Assembly (NCBI RefSeq): GCF_006345805.1
Contig: NC_042998.1
Span: 167,586,001-167,650,000, forward strand
Direction: 5' to 3'
Source: Octopus sinensis
Lineage: Eukaryota
Length of the DNA: 64,000 nt
In this document: positions 24,901 to 39,399 of the stretch, piece by piece
Layout of the letters: every line of letters begins with the position of its first letter
Position numbering within the stretch: the stretch's first letter is position 1
The notes under the pieces: generated by a model
What the model saw: only the letters and a program-made list of their open reading frames with translations
What the model was told of the DNA's origin: nothing
Databases searched by the model: none
Position numbers and translations under genes: made by a program

Positions 24901-25696
24901 TTTCTTCTACACAGCTACATTAACCTAATTTTCTCAATAAGATATGAGTGAATACAGAGCTATGATATAATACACTTCAACGAGAATATCGAACATTAGG
25001 GTTGAACGCAGCAACGCCCGATTACTAAGAGGTTGATTTGCTCCCGACAAGACACATTTTCAAACATACACAAATCGATAATCATTCCAGTAACATTTAT
25101 TCATTACTTTTTGACAGTCGTAGCAGAAAATGTTGAAATATAAGGTAAGCCAATGAAATTATAAATGGATCGTAATATGGTTTAGCCAGCGTCTTGTGTA
25201 ACACTCCGTGTGATATCATTACATTATATTAACAGGAAACAGCAATGATATCAAATTTAATCTGTTGTACAGAATAATTTACTTTTAGACTGTTATATTG
25301 ATTTTCTTCATTCGAATAAAACTAACTGTTGTCGCTTTCTTCATTTAAAAATATTGAATTTATAATATATAAAGCTGGAATTGATTACAGATACGCACAC
25401 ATGCACAAATAAAGACACATATACATATATGCACAAACATACACATACACCCGCCCAGAACATATACTGATTTATACATACGTTCACACACACACGCACA
25501 CACACACGCGCGCGCAAGCACACACACACATACATATATATATTTGTATACATTTATGTATATATATATATGTTTATACATTTATGTGTATATAATATAT
25601 ATACTTATACTTTTATGTGTGCATATATATGTATAAATATATATATATATATATAATAATATATATATATATATATATATAATATATATATATATA

Positions 25697-26905
25697 TTAG
25701 TAGAGATACCCGTCGTTGCTCGAGATTAAAATTGCATACTTTGTATATATATATATATATATTAGTTATGCTGAAACAGGTGATACGGGAAAGTGCAGCA
25801 TTGATGACAAAACATTTATGGTGTAAATGATGAGCTAATTCGACTAAGCGACACGTCTTGCGTCCATTTGGAGTATTCCAAGCCCTAACCAGATATGGAA
25901 AATTGAGGGTGGGTTGGGGTGGGTATGTGACTTTTGAACGCAGCGAAAAGCTGTCAGTGGATATACTCTCATTTGCAGCATCGGCACTGCGTTTATCATG
26001 ACCGATCATCTAAAATTTTAATACATCCTTCAGATTTGTTGTCCTACCTGGTTGTTATTTGTAGGCAACGGAATCAATGAGGGGATAGACTTGCTCTTTA
26101 ACTTTGAACATCGGGATAAATTCATGTTTCAACTATCTCCTTAGATGCATCAAACGATGTCATTTGGAATGCAGTTATATGTTCTGATATTGTTCAGAAA
26201 ATCCTTTGACTGGATGGAAGTGCCATCCAGAAGATCTATAAGAGGCTGAGGAGTAGCTGGTAGTGCTGGCAATTTTACCTTACCGCATGAGTAGCGCATG
26301 CCTTTAGTTTCATATGGAAATTTTAAAGCTTTGCAGAAATGACGATTAGAGTTTAGCACACCAATTTGGAGAGAATTATCATTTTTATAAGAATGGGATG
26401 GATCATATCTGAAAGCAGCTCCAGGTGTTGTGAAGAACGAATTTGTACGTAGTCTGTTTCTGAGAGCTATTCTATTGGACTGATGTCTAATCATTAAAAA
26501 GTTGTTTTAATGATTCAGCATTAAGTGCTGCAGCATACGTTTGCTGATCTTGGGAATCTCATCTCTCTTCTCTCTTGAGACTCCATTTGACGTGCTGTAG
26601 CATGCCTTTGCTGATCTTGGGAAAGTCTCGTCTCCCTTCTCTCTTCAGACTCCAGTTGACGTGCTGCAACACGTATTTGCTGATCTTGGGAAAACCTCAT
26701 CTGATTTCTGTATTAATACTCCATCTCATGTGCTGCAGCATGCCTTTGCTGATCTTAGGAGTTGCTGGATAATTTTTCTTTCCTTTGAGAATTTTGTAGA
26801 ACGGAAACTTTTCATAGATTGGAATTTAAATCCTAATCTCTATAGAAATTTATTATTAGGAGAAAACATTGAATTCGAATTACTTTGAAGTTTTACGATT
26901 ATAGA
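25697..26905 (-). mobile_element. Internally deleted Helitron with N-terminal RepHel remnant
   Basis: The - strand begins A|TCTATAATCGTAAAAC at 26905. 26520-26770 holds SQDQQRHAAARQMESQE-type coding repeats. These are followed by HFCKALKF..ET.GM...CGKVKLP.LP..PQPL..LL.G....KDFLNNIR.YN..QMTSF. The 3' hairpin CGAGCAACGACGGGT precedes a mutated CTAG. Confidence 0.88.
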
Positions 26906-27484
26906 TAGCAACTCGGGCTGTAACTACTGAGCCAGAGTCAGGTGCGTGTGAACGATGTTGAGTGAACGTCTGTTTCAAATGATATTTTTTGACACGCTAA
27001 ATGAAAATAAATAAACTGCTACCAGGTTCAATAAAACGAGCCCGAGTTATTGGCTGCAATTACATACTTGAAGTCAGTGTTGAGAGAAATTAAATCAGCC
27101 TGCAAATACACGTGTACTTTACTACGTTTATACTCGAGCTAAGCCCGAACAGTCCGAGTGCTGGAGTCGCCACTGATACACACACACACACACACATACA
27201 TACACCACACACACACAAACACACACACACATACATGGAAGTCGACTCGTATGATCACATTTCACGCTAAGCAACATTTCAAGTTTGGTCTCACCCTCGC
27301 TGATGACGTCTAATATGGCTCCTAAGGGTTGCAAAGGACTTGCAAGTTATTCCCCGCCGATTACAACTCACTCCACCTCCACCCCAGCATCAGCAAGCCG
27401 TCCAGCTGGATGCTGGGGCCGACAATGTCGAATGGGTCCACTGGCTGACTCTCACACTCTGCTATACATACATACATACATACA

Positions 27485-27516
<32 letters not shown>

Positions 27517-27544
27517 GACAGACAGACAGACAGACAGACAGATA

Positions 27545-28025
27545 CTAACTTTCCTATGCACTGGGATGTCGCAAAAACAATATACAATCCCACTCAGAAA
27601 ATCGACTGTCCTGGAATAAATGTATTGAGAATCCCCCTGTTATCAAATACATACACAGGCATCAATACAAGGAATACTGGCTGAACATTCTCATCATTAC
27701 ACCTGTCAAGTGTAAACATAACATGCTGGACATTGTTTAAATCAGAGAAGAAAAAGTATGTACCGTCATAGAGGTTAGCTGAAAATCAAAGAGAAAGAAG
27801 ATTACTATGGATAGCTGCTTCAAAATCTCCAGCTTCTATATCCAGATTATAATTTCACATTTATACCAATAATAAATGGTGTATTTTGGCTTTGTGAATA
27901 AATGCCTAAGTGACAATAATATGAATAAGCTAGGGTTTTCAAAGAAAGAAATCGTATATTACAAATACAATCTGTAAGTGGAACTGAAAAATATGCAAGA
28001 CTTTTCTTACATTTAAAATGTGATA
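27545..28025 (+). pseudogene. R4/Dong-type LINE C-terminal restriction-like endonuclease fragment
   Basis: HWDVAKTIYN...KEYWLNI.I...KCKHNMLDIV*IREEKVCTVIEVS...KEKEDYYG*LLQNLQLLYPDYNFTFIPII.G..GFVNKCL...QIQSVSGT. Confidence 0.75.
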
Positions 28026-28907
28026 GTTTTGTTATCAATATTCCTACTGATTCTGCCACCTCACCGCTATAAAGCTTATGTGTAAAGTTAAAAAAACAAA
28101 ATTTGAATGTGTATATTTTGATTAGGAATGAAAACACAGAAAATGTACTGATACTTTGCATTGAATTTGTTGCACATGGTAAAGTGGAACAAAAAAAAAT
28201 ATACACATGATAAAATATCACAATTATACAATTAAAAAAATTAACAAACAAATATTTTTAAAAAATCAAACCCGTAAAAATGTCAGTTGGAACACATTTA
28301 AACAGATCAATTATTTATTATTCTTTTTTGTTCTCTAGAAGAAATATAAATCAGGTATTTATTACTTTAGCAATTGGCAATGATTTGCAATGGCAAGTGA
28401 GTAAAAAAAACAAACGATAAAAAGATCTTGATGATAAATAACAAGAACTAAACGAGCACTATATCACCTAAAAGTCATTACCTGTTAATGCAAACAAAAG
28501 TGTTTTTATTCTGATCAAGTTACAAGAAGAAAAGAAAATAATATATATGGTAATTAGAAATGGTTCCTTCACGAAGGTTATAAAATGCTAACACCTTAAA
28601 ATGAAGAATAATATGTTTAAGTAAACGGCCATGTAATGCCAGCCGGCGAGGTGGCCAGGCTAGAGTAGGCTTATCGCTAGATAGAAATGTCTGCTTAGAA
28701 ACAGCAGGTGGATGGATTTTACGTAAATTTACAAATGAAAGGTGGAAATAGTTGCAACGATGATCAAAATTTGTTCCATATCGAAAGACATCTGTGTATA
28801 TCTGAATATTTGTATGTGTGTATGCACACACGCGCGCTCACACACATACAAAACTATGCACACAGATACACACGCAATACTGACACTTCTTTAAGACGGT
28901 AAATGGT

Positions 28908-28952
28908 GACAGTGACTTCGAGGTTTCGGCAATGTCGCTCTCGTCAGATGTA
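28908..28952 (-). ncRNA. Minimal type I hammerhead ribozyme motif (canonical core)
   Basis: TACAT-CTGACGA-GAGCGACATTGCC-GAAACCTCGAAGT-C-ACTGT: canonical CUGANGA, GAAA and a GUC triplet. Confidence 0.7.
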
Positions 28953-28989
28953 TTGAGTAATTCTGTGTGTGAATGAATGTATGTATGTA

Positions 28990-29118
<129 letters not shown>

Positions 29119-29857
29119 TGAGTTTTCGTCAGGATGACTCAAACTAATAGGTATGCGTTTTGAGTGCTTAAATAGGTGTGCCACAAAAATTATAGTTAGA
29201 GCAAACATTGAAGTTATGGTTGTGTGTGCGATTGTCTTGTTAAAAGCAGCTATAGGTGGCATCCCTTTGAGCCAGTAGGTATAGGTTTGAGTGCAAGGAA
29301 AGGCAAATAATTAGGCAATGCAGGAAAAGGGCATTTAATTCAGTCTAAAATTGTCCTTGCCCTGTATTGCCTTTAAAAATTTGCTTTTTCTCACTACTTT
29401 AAACTATGTATATAGTAGTAACAAACAGGGAGGAATTTCGATTATCTCCACGTTGTGAGTTGTAATGCAAAAAGTATATATAAAATAAAAGAAGGAAAAT
29501 GCACACGCTTTACATAGTTTTAATATATTTTTAAGTATATTTTATATTGTGTTTGTCGACCGGTTTTGCTTTCGCTAATCATGATATTGAAATTAATGTT
29601 ATTTCGTATTTTCTTAAGAAGATTTTAGTCCATGTTGTGTATGGAGAAGTTTGTGAATGAATGATTTAACAAGTAGAAAAATGTAAGAGGGAGGGTAATC
29701 GGTGATCGCTATTATTGGGGACAGGGGAGGTAATTGCTCATCTTTCGGGGGAGGGGATAAATAAAATATACACAAAAGCATAAAAGTTGAAGTAGTGAGA
29801 TGAAATATGTACAGATAAGTGATCATGAATTAAAATATATACTGAGATCAAAATTGG

Positions 29858-30085
29858 TTATGCGTTCATATTTAGATGTGTTCTGTATTTTTCAATAAAC
29901 AGATTTTCTTTATTTAAACGTTCTTGTATAGAAATTGTTTCTTTGCACTGGTAGATGGGGAAAACTGTGAAGTGTGGTTGGATATTACCTGCACATCTCT
30001 CTATGTTTTCACTCAAAGAAATCTGTTTGTATTGCTGGAATGAGGTCTGTTCCTTATGTAGTGTGGTTCTCTGTCTCATACTTAT
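29858..30085 (-). pseudogene. Penelope GIY-YIG C-terminal fragment (second family)
   Basis: RTTLHKEQ...YKQISLSENIERCAGN.QPHFTVFPIYQC.....ERLNKENLFIEKYRTHLN*. Confidence 0.65.
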
Positions 30086-30228
30086 CTGTCATACTTATCT
30101 GTCCTATATATGTCCACAACATGAACAAGTTATATATATATATATATTATATATTATATATATATTTAATATATATATATATAGTATATATATATATCTA
30201 TATATATATATATATATATATTTATTGG

Positions 30229-31754
30229 TAAAACGGTAAGATAACAAAAGAAAGAAAGAGACCTCAATATTATGTAAATAGAGGAAATTTATCTATACAA
30301 TAATATGTTACATTACTCGATAGTCAAGATAAAACTCTGAGTTTCAGATGCCGAAGTGGAAATCCACAACACCATCTCTTCGGTTATCTGGCTATTTGAA
30401 AACGCTATGAAAAAATACCGTTATATAAAGGGAAATTACTGTGTTATAACTATGCTTGCCTGCGTACTTATACATCGCTCGCATTTTTCGTCATAAAAAT
30501 TATATAAAAATACATAAAAATTATATAAAAATATATAAAATCTTCTTGGGACATAACATAGAAAGCATGTTCTATCTGTTTTCTTTAGGGGACCAAAAAC
30601 GTAGCAGAAATTTAGTCACATGTGGACATGATCCGAAAAGTTCTGTCCTTGTGTTTAGACATGTAGTAGGGTCTAAGCTGCTTTTCCAGATTAGCCATCT
30701 CTCCATGTCGCATAGACCGCACCTTCCGCTGCCGTTGGTATAGGACTTACATCTGGCCAAAATCTTCCAATGTATGTTATAATCGACACCTTTATCTCTC
30801 TAAAGACCAAATATGATTAGATAATTGTGTCGCTTTTCTTTGTTCCAGTGCCTAAAGCTCAAAGTGTGGTTATTGAACCTGGCCTTGAAATTACCCTCTG
30901 TAAGGCCCACGTATTTCTTCGTCGAAACGGTTTGTTGTCTTTAGTGGTTATAGAGTTACGGTAGCTCCATATATGATGGTCTTGGACATGCAAGCTCCAT
31001 TTAGCGGGCACAATTCTTTATTCCTGCATGAACAGCTGTTTTCTTGTTGTGTTTTTTGTATGTTATGTTTGATTATGTTTTTAAAATTGGTAGTGGAACT
31101 AAAACTAATTTTTAAATTGTATCTATTGAAGAGTTTCCTATAAGTATGGTTAACTGGAAAATGTCTATCTATCAGTGCTAGGAAATATTTACCTATATTG
31201 AAGGCCACCTCGGGTGAGTAAGGGGGCGTAAACCAGATGACCTTCCTATTTCTATTATTCCTTTTCCTTACTGTTGGGCTAGTGATGGGTGCATATTTTA
31301 TTTTTTCGCTAAAACCACTATCTTTTAAAGCCTTATTATAAACGGGGCAACGCTATTGAATATGTCCTTATCAGAGGAGAGGCTAGAAAAATCTTACTAA
31401 TATTTTAACTAATTTTTGAATACTATAGGGGGATGGCATGAACCTACATTAATATAACTTAGTCTATCATTGGGCTTCCTATAAGGCTTATAAATATTCT
31501 TATTAAGATCTAAGGAAACGTCTATATATTTTTTATGTATTTTTATATAATTTTTATGACGAAAAATGCGAGTGATGTATAAGTACGCAGGCAAGCATAG
31601 TTATAACACAGTAATTTCCCTTTATATAACGGTATTTTTTCATAGCGTTTTCAAATAGCCAGATAACCGAAGAGATGGTGTTGTGGACTTCCACTTCGGC
31701 ATCTGAAACTCAGAGTTTTATCTTGACTATCGAGTAATGTAACATATTATTGTA

Positions 31755-31756
<2 letters not shown>
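30229..31756 (-). mobile_element. Penelope-like element with sense 3' pLTR and inverted 5' pLTR
   Basis: The - strand remnant at 31594-30572 encodes VSLDLNKNIYKPYRKPNDRLSYINVGSCHPP...CSCRNKELCPLNGAC...CGLCDMERWLI...LNTRTELFGSCPH. 30295-30530 is inverted at 31520-31756. Confidence 0.93.
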
Positions 31757-31839
<83 letters not shown>

Positions 31840-32241
31840 TATGTGGGCACAGGACGTCACGAGACGTGTACAACAAAAAATACAAAGCACGAGTACATGG
31901 AACATGAACTATTCTTTCGAACAACGGAAGACACAAATGGAAAACAAAACAAACAACATAAAGTTGTTGGCTGTTTCTCTAGTATCGTATTTCGAGCATT
32001 TAACAACAATATACGCTTTCGAAGAAACAGTTGCTTCCGCAAAGAAAATTAAATAAAATTTGGGATTTTGCTGAGGGTCAAAATTGGTAACATAAACAGG
32101 ACGATCGGATCTCCTGGATTTCAGGTGCATAGAACTCCATATTTTACTCTTCAGTATTGGATTATCTTTATCTGCTGGATGGACTTTTCCGTGATAGCCA
32201 CATGATTCTATAGATCCATATATTACACTACAAATTTACAA

Positions 32242-32276
<35 letters not shown>

Positions 32277-32864
32277 CACACACACACACACAAACGCACG
32301 CACACACACACATAAATATGTGAGTGCAGAGATGAATTTTACGTTTATTTGATATATCCCAAGACGAATCTTATTAACAATACATATCTGTCATATAAAG
32401 TGGTATCTTAAAAACGTATTACATCAACACATCCTGTGAGATTGCATAACAAACGAAACAGCCCTCAGACTGCGTCTAAGCATCAACAAATCCTCAAGCG
32501 GTGGATAGATGGGTCAAATAATTTAAATACTACAGTGGCTAAACGTCGATATATTTCTTATCAGTGTAGAGAGAGGGAACTATAAATAGAGACAAATATA
32601 AATATCAGTTATCAGAACACGTGATGTATTTCTAATACAGTTTGTTATTCATATTTGACAGCTTGTAGGTAATTAAAACTATTTATTTTCATGAATACAC
32701 TGGGCTATTCTAACTTACATCCCCACATAGACGTACGTACTTATCGTATATGAATATTCCTCCCACATTAACACGCATGCATGCACGCACACACACACCA
32801 CACACACACATTCACACACACACACACACACACGCACACACACACATACACACATGCATACATA

Positions 32865-33085
32865 CAGTAATCCCTCGACTATCGCGGATGTTACGTTCCC
32901 AAACCACCCACTATGGGTGAAAATCTGCGAAGTAGAAACAGTACTATACTGTTTTTAAATACTATTTTTATAATTTATATATATAATTATTTTATTATAA
33001 ATGCAAAACAACTTCACGGAGGAATCGACATAAGCTGAAATAATAAACCGCGATAGGTGAACCGCGATATGGCAGGGGATTGCTG
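32865..33085. mobile_element. Tigger/pogo-type MITE
   Basis: TA|CAGTAATCCCTCGACTATCGCGG ... CCGCGATATGGCAGGGGATTGCTG|TG. Confidence 0.8.
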
Positions 33086-33585
33086 TGTATATGTATGCGT
33101 GTGTGTGCGTGTGTGCGTGTGTGTATGTGTGTGTGTGTAAGTGTGTGTGTGTACATATACGTACACATTAAAATATGTGTACATACGTCTCTCTCTCTCT
33201 TCACACACACACACACACAAACATATAGTGATACGTTCTCATGTTGTGAAGGGATGGTTATCTCCCTTGTATTAACAATTATGACTAAAATGTGTCATGT
33301 ATTTGAAAAAATTCTAGATGTGTTTTCGTAGGAATCTACGATAAACTTTTGAGATTGGTCAAGACGTGTGTATTTATAATAGCAAATGTTCGCTCGACTA
33401 CATAAACAACGAATTACCTGTGAGAAATACTAACTTGAAACGATTATTTACAACCTAAAGTACAGCGAAAAACGGCTCGTGAAATTGTTCAATACATTTT
33501 CACAACGTAGAATTCCATGTAAACGACTATTAGTCTTTGTATGCGGTATCCCACGTTAAATTATATGTTAATAGTGCTTGTGATA

Positions 33586-34093
33586 TCTATATATATAAAA
33601 CTGTAGTTGTGTGAGTGTCTGTCCCCTTCGATTTAGATTCCTAACTACTCCCACATTTTGCAGTTTAACCAAATTCGGGTATCTTATAGTCGTGATTCAT
33701 ATCGATCCCGTCTGAGTATTAGCGCGCGTCTACGATGAGTCTACGATTTTAAAAATAATTTAACATCATTTTTTATTCCATTTTAATGCATAATTTTTCG
33801 TGTGTCGATGGCGGCGGAGTTGGCGTCCATGGTCACACCTGCACCTGTTTGCTTCTCCCCCTTCTTCCCTCCCTCGTGAAGCTGTGGGGAAGGGAGTGTA
33901 AGGAAATCAACGTCGTAAAGCGTTGTCAAGGAGACCAGCGTTCTTTTAGAACAACGACTTCATGGCTTGAAGACACCAAAACAGAAATGGCTAAGAAAGC
34001 CCGAATTGGCATCTATAAGGGAAGTAACTCTCTAAAAATGCTTATATAGTTATTTCCCTTACAAACCCGAGCAATGCCGGGCGATACTGCTAG
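33586..34093 (+). mobile_element. Non-autonomous Helitron
   Basis: A|TC 5' end, CCCGAGCAATGCCGGG hairpin, CTAG|T 3' end. Confidence 0.92.
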
Positions 34094-34284
34094 TTATGTA
34101 TATGAGAGTAATATCCTATTGATTAGGATAGAACTAAATAAATAAACTCGCACTTGGTGTTGTTCGTAGCTGATGAGGAAAAAGAACGCAGAGCGCTATA
34201 CACTCTTCGATCGGTGAGGCTATTCACAGCTCGTAGTCTCAATTTATTGTGTCGAACTTTACGGTGCCCTTTTAAGTATGTATA

Positions 34285-34578
34285 GGTGTGGCAGCGTGGT
34301 AAGCAGTTTGTTTCCCAACCACATGGTTCTGGATTCATTCCTATTGCTTGGTACCTTGAGTGTCTTCTATAGCCTCGAGCCGAGCAAAACATTGTGAGTG
34401 CATTTGGGTGACGGAACCTGAAACAAGCCCATTGTATGTATGTATGTATGTATGTATGTATGTATGTATGTATGTATGTATGTATGTATGTATGTATGTA
34501 TGTATGTGTGTGTGTGTATGTGTGTGTGTATGTATGTATGTATGTATGTATGTATGTATGTATGTATGTATGTATGTA

Positions 34579-34609
<31 letters not shown>

Positions 34610-34860
34610 ATGTATGTATGTATGTATGTATCTATGTGTGTGTGTGTTTGTGTCTGTGTTTGTCTCCCAGCACTGCTTGATAATTTGTGTTTGTGCGTTT
34701 ACATCACCATAACTTTGCGGTTCGACCAAAAATACCGATAAAATAGATTCCAGGCTTTAAAAAATAACTACTAGGGTCGATTCGTTCGACTGAAATTCTT
34801 CACGACAATGCTCCAACATGGCTGCAGTCGAATGGCTGAAAGAGGTAAAAGATTAAAGAT
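34285..34860 (+). mobile_element. Composite SINE with expanded (TATG)n core (34433-34633)
   Basis: Head and tail match the 3444 family. Confidence 0.88.
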
Positions 34861-36031
34861 GCGTATGTGTGTGTTGGTGTGCGTGTGTTTGTGGGTGCGC
34901 GCGCACGCGTGTAAGTGTGTGCGTGTATGTGTGCGTGCGTGTGTGTGTGTGTGTAATGCACGTACCCACATATACTTTATTTGTGGATTGACAATGCTAC
35001 CAATGGTTTCATGTAGAAAACACTGCTACTATGTCGTGCTCCATATTGGGTGGGGCTACCTGAAATTACACGATGGGATATCAGATACGCATGTAGGGAC
35101 TTCATCTGTTAGTTCCCTTGCATTGGCTTTGGTTTTTTTTTTTCCTTTTTGTAATTGTTAGTGTAAAATTCATAAAATACCCTTGGATCATGCATTCAGC
35201 AGTTTAGTTGCGTTATACGAATACAGCAGTCACGTGCCGTCAGTAATTACTCAGAGTAGGCAATTGGTGACCTTTATGAAGAAAACACACAAAAATAAGC
35301 GAAACACAGGCTCGCGACTGAGTTGAAGGCAGGTTTACTTCTGCTTTTACAGCACTTAACGAAAACTGTGTTGTAGGAGTGTACGCAGCACGTGTACTTC
35401 AGCAATACTATGCGTAGCTTAAATGCTAAGATTGAAAGGCTGAGAATTATACCTACCTAATCTACAAAAAAAATATTTTGTATTCTATGCATAGTAATTA
35501 GAGTAACCTTCATAATTTTATTGAATTAGGGTGCATATTTTGCCATAAAAGGAAAATGTTGCAATCTATTTTATTTAAGGTAGGCACAGCCTACTTTGCC
35601 TACCTAGGCAGCATGTCCCTGGAATACAGTCTCGGGTCCCTTTATATGAATTTCTCACATGTGAATGTATAAACATCCGTATACTGATCATTTATAGGTT
35701 TTACAAAGGATTTAAACGTTTATAAGTTCATACGAATATATATTACAAATCGTACATATTCACGTATATTCACATAAGTGTAGGCATGTGAGGCATATTG
35801 TATACATTTAGATACATACTTGATTAGCACTTTATTTTATCGACTTCATACTGATGCATGGCCAAGTTGACTTGGCCATGCATCAATGTTGCCATGCATT
35901 TTTCTCCGGAGTGCTAACAATTCTGCCAGCTCGTCGACCGCTTATTTTACTGGGTAGAGTATACATGCGTAAAACATACATGCATATTTATGCATACATA
36001 TACATACAGTGAGAGGGAGAGAGAGAGAGAC

Positions 36032-36063
<32 letters not shown>

Positions 36064-36349
36064 GGGCAGATAGATAGATACATACAGAGAGTGTGTGTAT
36101 GTGTGTCTGTGTGTGTGTGTGTGTGAGAGAGAGAGAAAGAGAAGAGGGTTTGTTTGTGTGTGTGTGTGTAATTATAAGCGTAATAATTTGTGTACTAAGT
36201 TCTCTTAAAGTTGTCCATGTAACTATTCACGTAGTGGTGTTGGCATGGACACTCCTTTAGATGAATTTATAAAGCCGTCGATCAGACATTAGAGTTTATA
36301 AGACCGGTGTCCAAATAATATTGTTTAGTATTCAGATATTAAGGCTATA

Positions 36350-36480
36350 CGAAGGGGTGCTGAAAAGTTCCTGGTTGTGGGTAAAATAAAATACAGTTAA
36401 TTATGATTCTATTCAACATATTCCTCTCTCAGATTCACACACTTATTGCAACTCTCCAGCCATAAGAGCGCTTAGTGCCT
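36350..36480 (+). mobile_element. Mariner-type left TIR fragment
   Basis: TA|CGAAGGGGTGCTGAAAAGTTCCTGG; no partner TIR found. Confidence 0.6.
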
Positions 36481-36534
36481 CTACTTAGGTAATAGTATTT
36501 ATAAAGCTTGTGTTTAAAGACTAGTTTCAAATTT

Positions 36535-36710
36535 TGGGAGTGAGTCAATTACATCAACCCCAGTGTTCAATTGGTACTTATTTTATCCAGCCCGAAAGGA
36601 TGAAAGGCAAAGCTGACCTCGGCAGAATTTGAACTCAGGATGTAAAGTCGGACTAAATACTGTTAAGCATTTTGCCCGGCGTTCTAACAATTCTGCCAGC
36701 TCGCCGTTTA
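36535..36710 (-). mobile_element. SINE (21447 family)
   Basis: Reverse complement of the GGCGAGCTGGCAGAA...GAGTTCAAATT body. Confidence 0.85.
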
Positions 36711-37419
36711 TTTATTTATGTATTTACGTTGGTTCTATTCTTTGGCATGCCAGTCTCCACACAGCACTAGAGCAATGTGAAATGGATTGTTTTGCTTAAG
36801 ATCTGGAGACCGTATTCACGATCTATAACGCCCTAGCCACAAGGCCACGTGCCGTCACAGCCTGTGTTTAAATATTATGACCTATAGTGTCGGTGTTGAA
36901 ATAGAGTTTTTGAGGCCGATGTTCAAATACTAGATACTACATACAGAACAGGTGTTCAAATATAATAGTTCTGCAAAGTCAATTATATATCACAACGCAA
37001 ACCTAGGGCCTCTAGGAGGACCCTTTACTTGCTAAAAAAAAAAAAAAGAGAAACTTCCTTACTAAGAAAGAAATAGGCGTCTTGGGTAATGTAGTCATTG
37101 ATATTCAAAATACTGACATGGCCCCAGCTGGAAGCCCTTTGATAATAGCTCAGCTGTAATAAGAATAACCTGGGGTTAAACAACTACATTAACAACGACA
37201 ACAACAATAACATAATAAAACTGACCACTACAAGTACACATGAAACCAATCTACCGAATCTTATATTCTCCATTGATTGAGGGAACTATAAAGGTCAATA
37301 TCGATCAGTTTAGACTATTAAACGTCTAACTGCAGGTTAATGACAACTGAAAACAACGGAAAGCCTCCTACAGTAAGTTTGGACTTACCACATACGATCT
37401 CAAGCACTAGTTACTCTAT

Positions 37420-37761
37420 GCATAGGAGTATTTCGCCAATGCGCGTGCGTGTGTATCAATAATGTGTGTATTACTCATGTGCAGAGAATGCATTCGCATA
37501 CAAACACGTTTACAGACATGTTTGTGTTTATAAACGTAGATATACACACACACACTACACACACACACATATGTGTGTGTGTGTGTGTATGTGTATATAT
37601 ATACATATGTCCGCTTATAAATAAATATATAACATATGTATGCACGCACACACACACGCACACACATATATATACTGTGTATGTGTGCATGTATATATGC
37701 GTGTGTGTGTGTATATATATACACATACATATATTCACGTGTGTATGTATGTGCATATATA

Positions 37762-37806
<45 letters not shown>

Positions 37807-37949
37807 ATTACATACACACATATATCCGAGTATGTATGTATGTATGTATATATTTATATATAGGCACATACACACACACACATACACTTCACACATACAC
37901 ATAAGTGTGTGTGTGTGTGTGTGTGTACGTATGTGTGTGTGTATGCGTG

Positions 37950-37983
<34 letters not shown>

Positions 37984-38333
37984 ATATTCAAATATCCAGA
38001 CTTACACACAAATGTATACATGCATATATAAGTATATGTAAATGTGTGTGTGTGTATGTGTGTGTGTATGAGTATGTGTTTGTATGTGTATGTGCGTGTG
38101 TGTGTGAACATTGAAAATGATTTCCAGTTGACATGCCTTATCTACACTGAACAACCCCCAGTGCCACCAATTACTATCGCGACTATCACCACTCTCATCT
38201 CATAAAGACAGTCTTTCTTCTCCTGTTTCTTTCGCTCTGTCTGTCTATCTTTCTCTCTCTCCCCCCTCTCTCTCTCTCTCTGCGTATTTATGTGTATGTA
38301 GTATATGTGTGTGTGTGTGTATGTGTAATACAC

Positions 38334-38418
<85 letters not shown>

Positions 38419-38546
38419 ATATATATACATATATAGATATATATATATATATATGTGTGTGTATATATATGTATATATATGTATATATATATATATATAC
38501 ATACATACATACATACATATACATATATATATGTATATATATATGT

Positions 38547-38581
<35 letters not shown>

Positions 38582-38700
38582 CATACATACATACATACAT
38601 GCATATACACACACACACATATACATATATGTATATGCGTGTATATTCGCACGCGCGCGCGCACGCACACACACACATACACACACATGTACATCACATC
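37420..38700. repeat. Large compound CA/TG/TA/CATA microsatellite field
   Basis: Read directly; source of many spurious ORFs. Confidence 0.93.
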
Positions 38701-39399
38701 TGCATTCTGTCGGCACTGGACATTTCAGTCAACACAAGTGACAGAGCGGCGTTGTTAGCAAATATATCTAGAACTCGCTATCACAGCTGGCAAGTTTATT
38801 GCTCTATCAGCTGGTCTTTGCTAAAAGTTGAGGGCACCACTTCAGGGGCCAGTGACACTGGGTGTGTATGTATGTGGGCGTTGTATGTGTGTGTCTGTGT
38901 GCGCGCGAACGCATGTGTGTGTGCGCACGCATGTGTGTGTGTGTCTGAGTGTATATATGCCTTCGTGTATGTGTGTGTTTATGTGTGTATGGTGAGTTTA
39001 ATGTGCCAGGGAGATTGTTTTTGACAAAATATTTATCATTGTAGTAAAGATCGCATGCCAAGATTGGAGAAGCTATATAATATAGATTTCTTACATACAG
39101 GCACAAGACCGCAAATTTATAACAGTGGAAGGAGAAAGCGGGTTTTGTAATGTTCCTGCTTTTCCCTCCCAGGCACTTTGTATGTTCGAGGTGGGACCAT
39201 GATCGTATGATTAGTTTGTTTTGGCTCTAGTTCTTAACGTCTTTTTTCGAGTTATCATAGAAAGCTAAGGCCATACTGGAGTAATATCGCTTTCATAGTT
39301 GACGGTTTTATATCTTTTTGTGTCAACTTTGCATTTGCCCATGCGTCTAGTCTTGTGTTGGGTGTTTCCGTATGCTGAACGTATCTAAGTGGTGAATCA

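Noticed and set aside
26520-26770. ~62-bp periodic repeats as a CRISPR-like array
   Set aside because: The spacers are homologous to each other; these are coding repeats of the Helitron N-terminus in a eukaryotic genome.
27382-27418. GC-rich hairpin CCCCAGCATC/GATGCTGGGG, with CTGATGA upstream at about 27300
   Set aside because: Too short for a pre-miRNA, with no GAAA or stem III partner for an HHR; an isolated hairpin is expected by chance in 64 kb.
34168-34230. CTGATGAG core followed by an AGCTG/CAGCT stem
   Set aside because: No stem II-GAAA-NUH arrangement.
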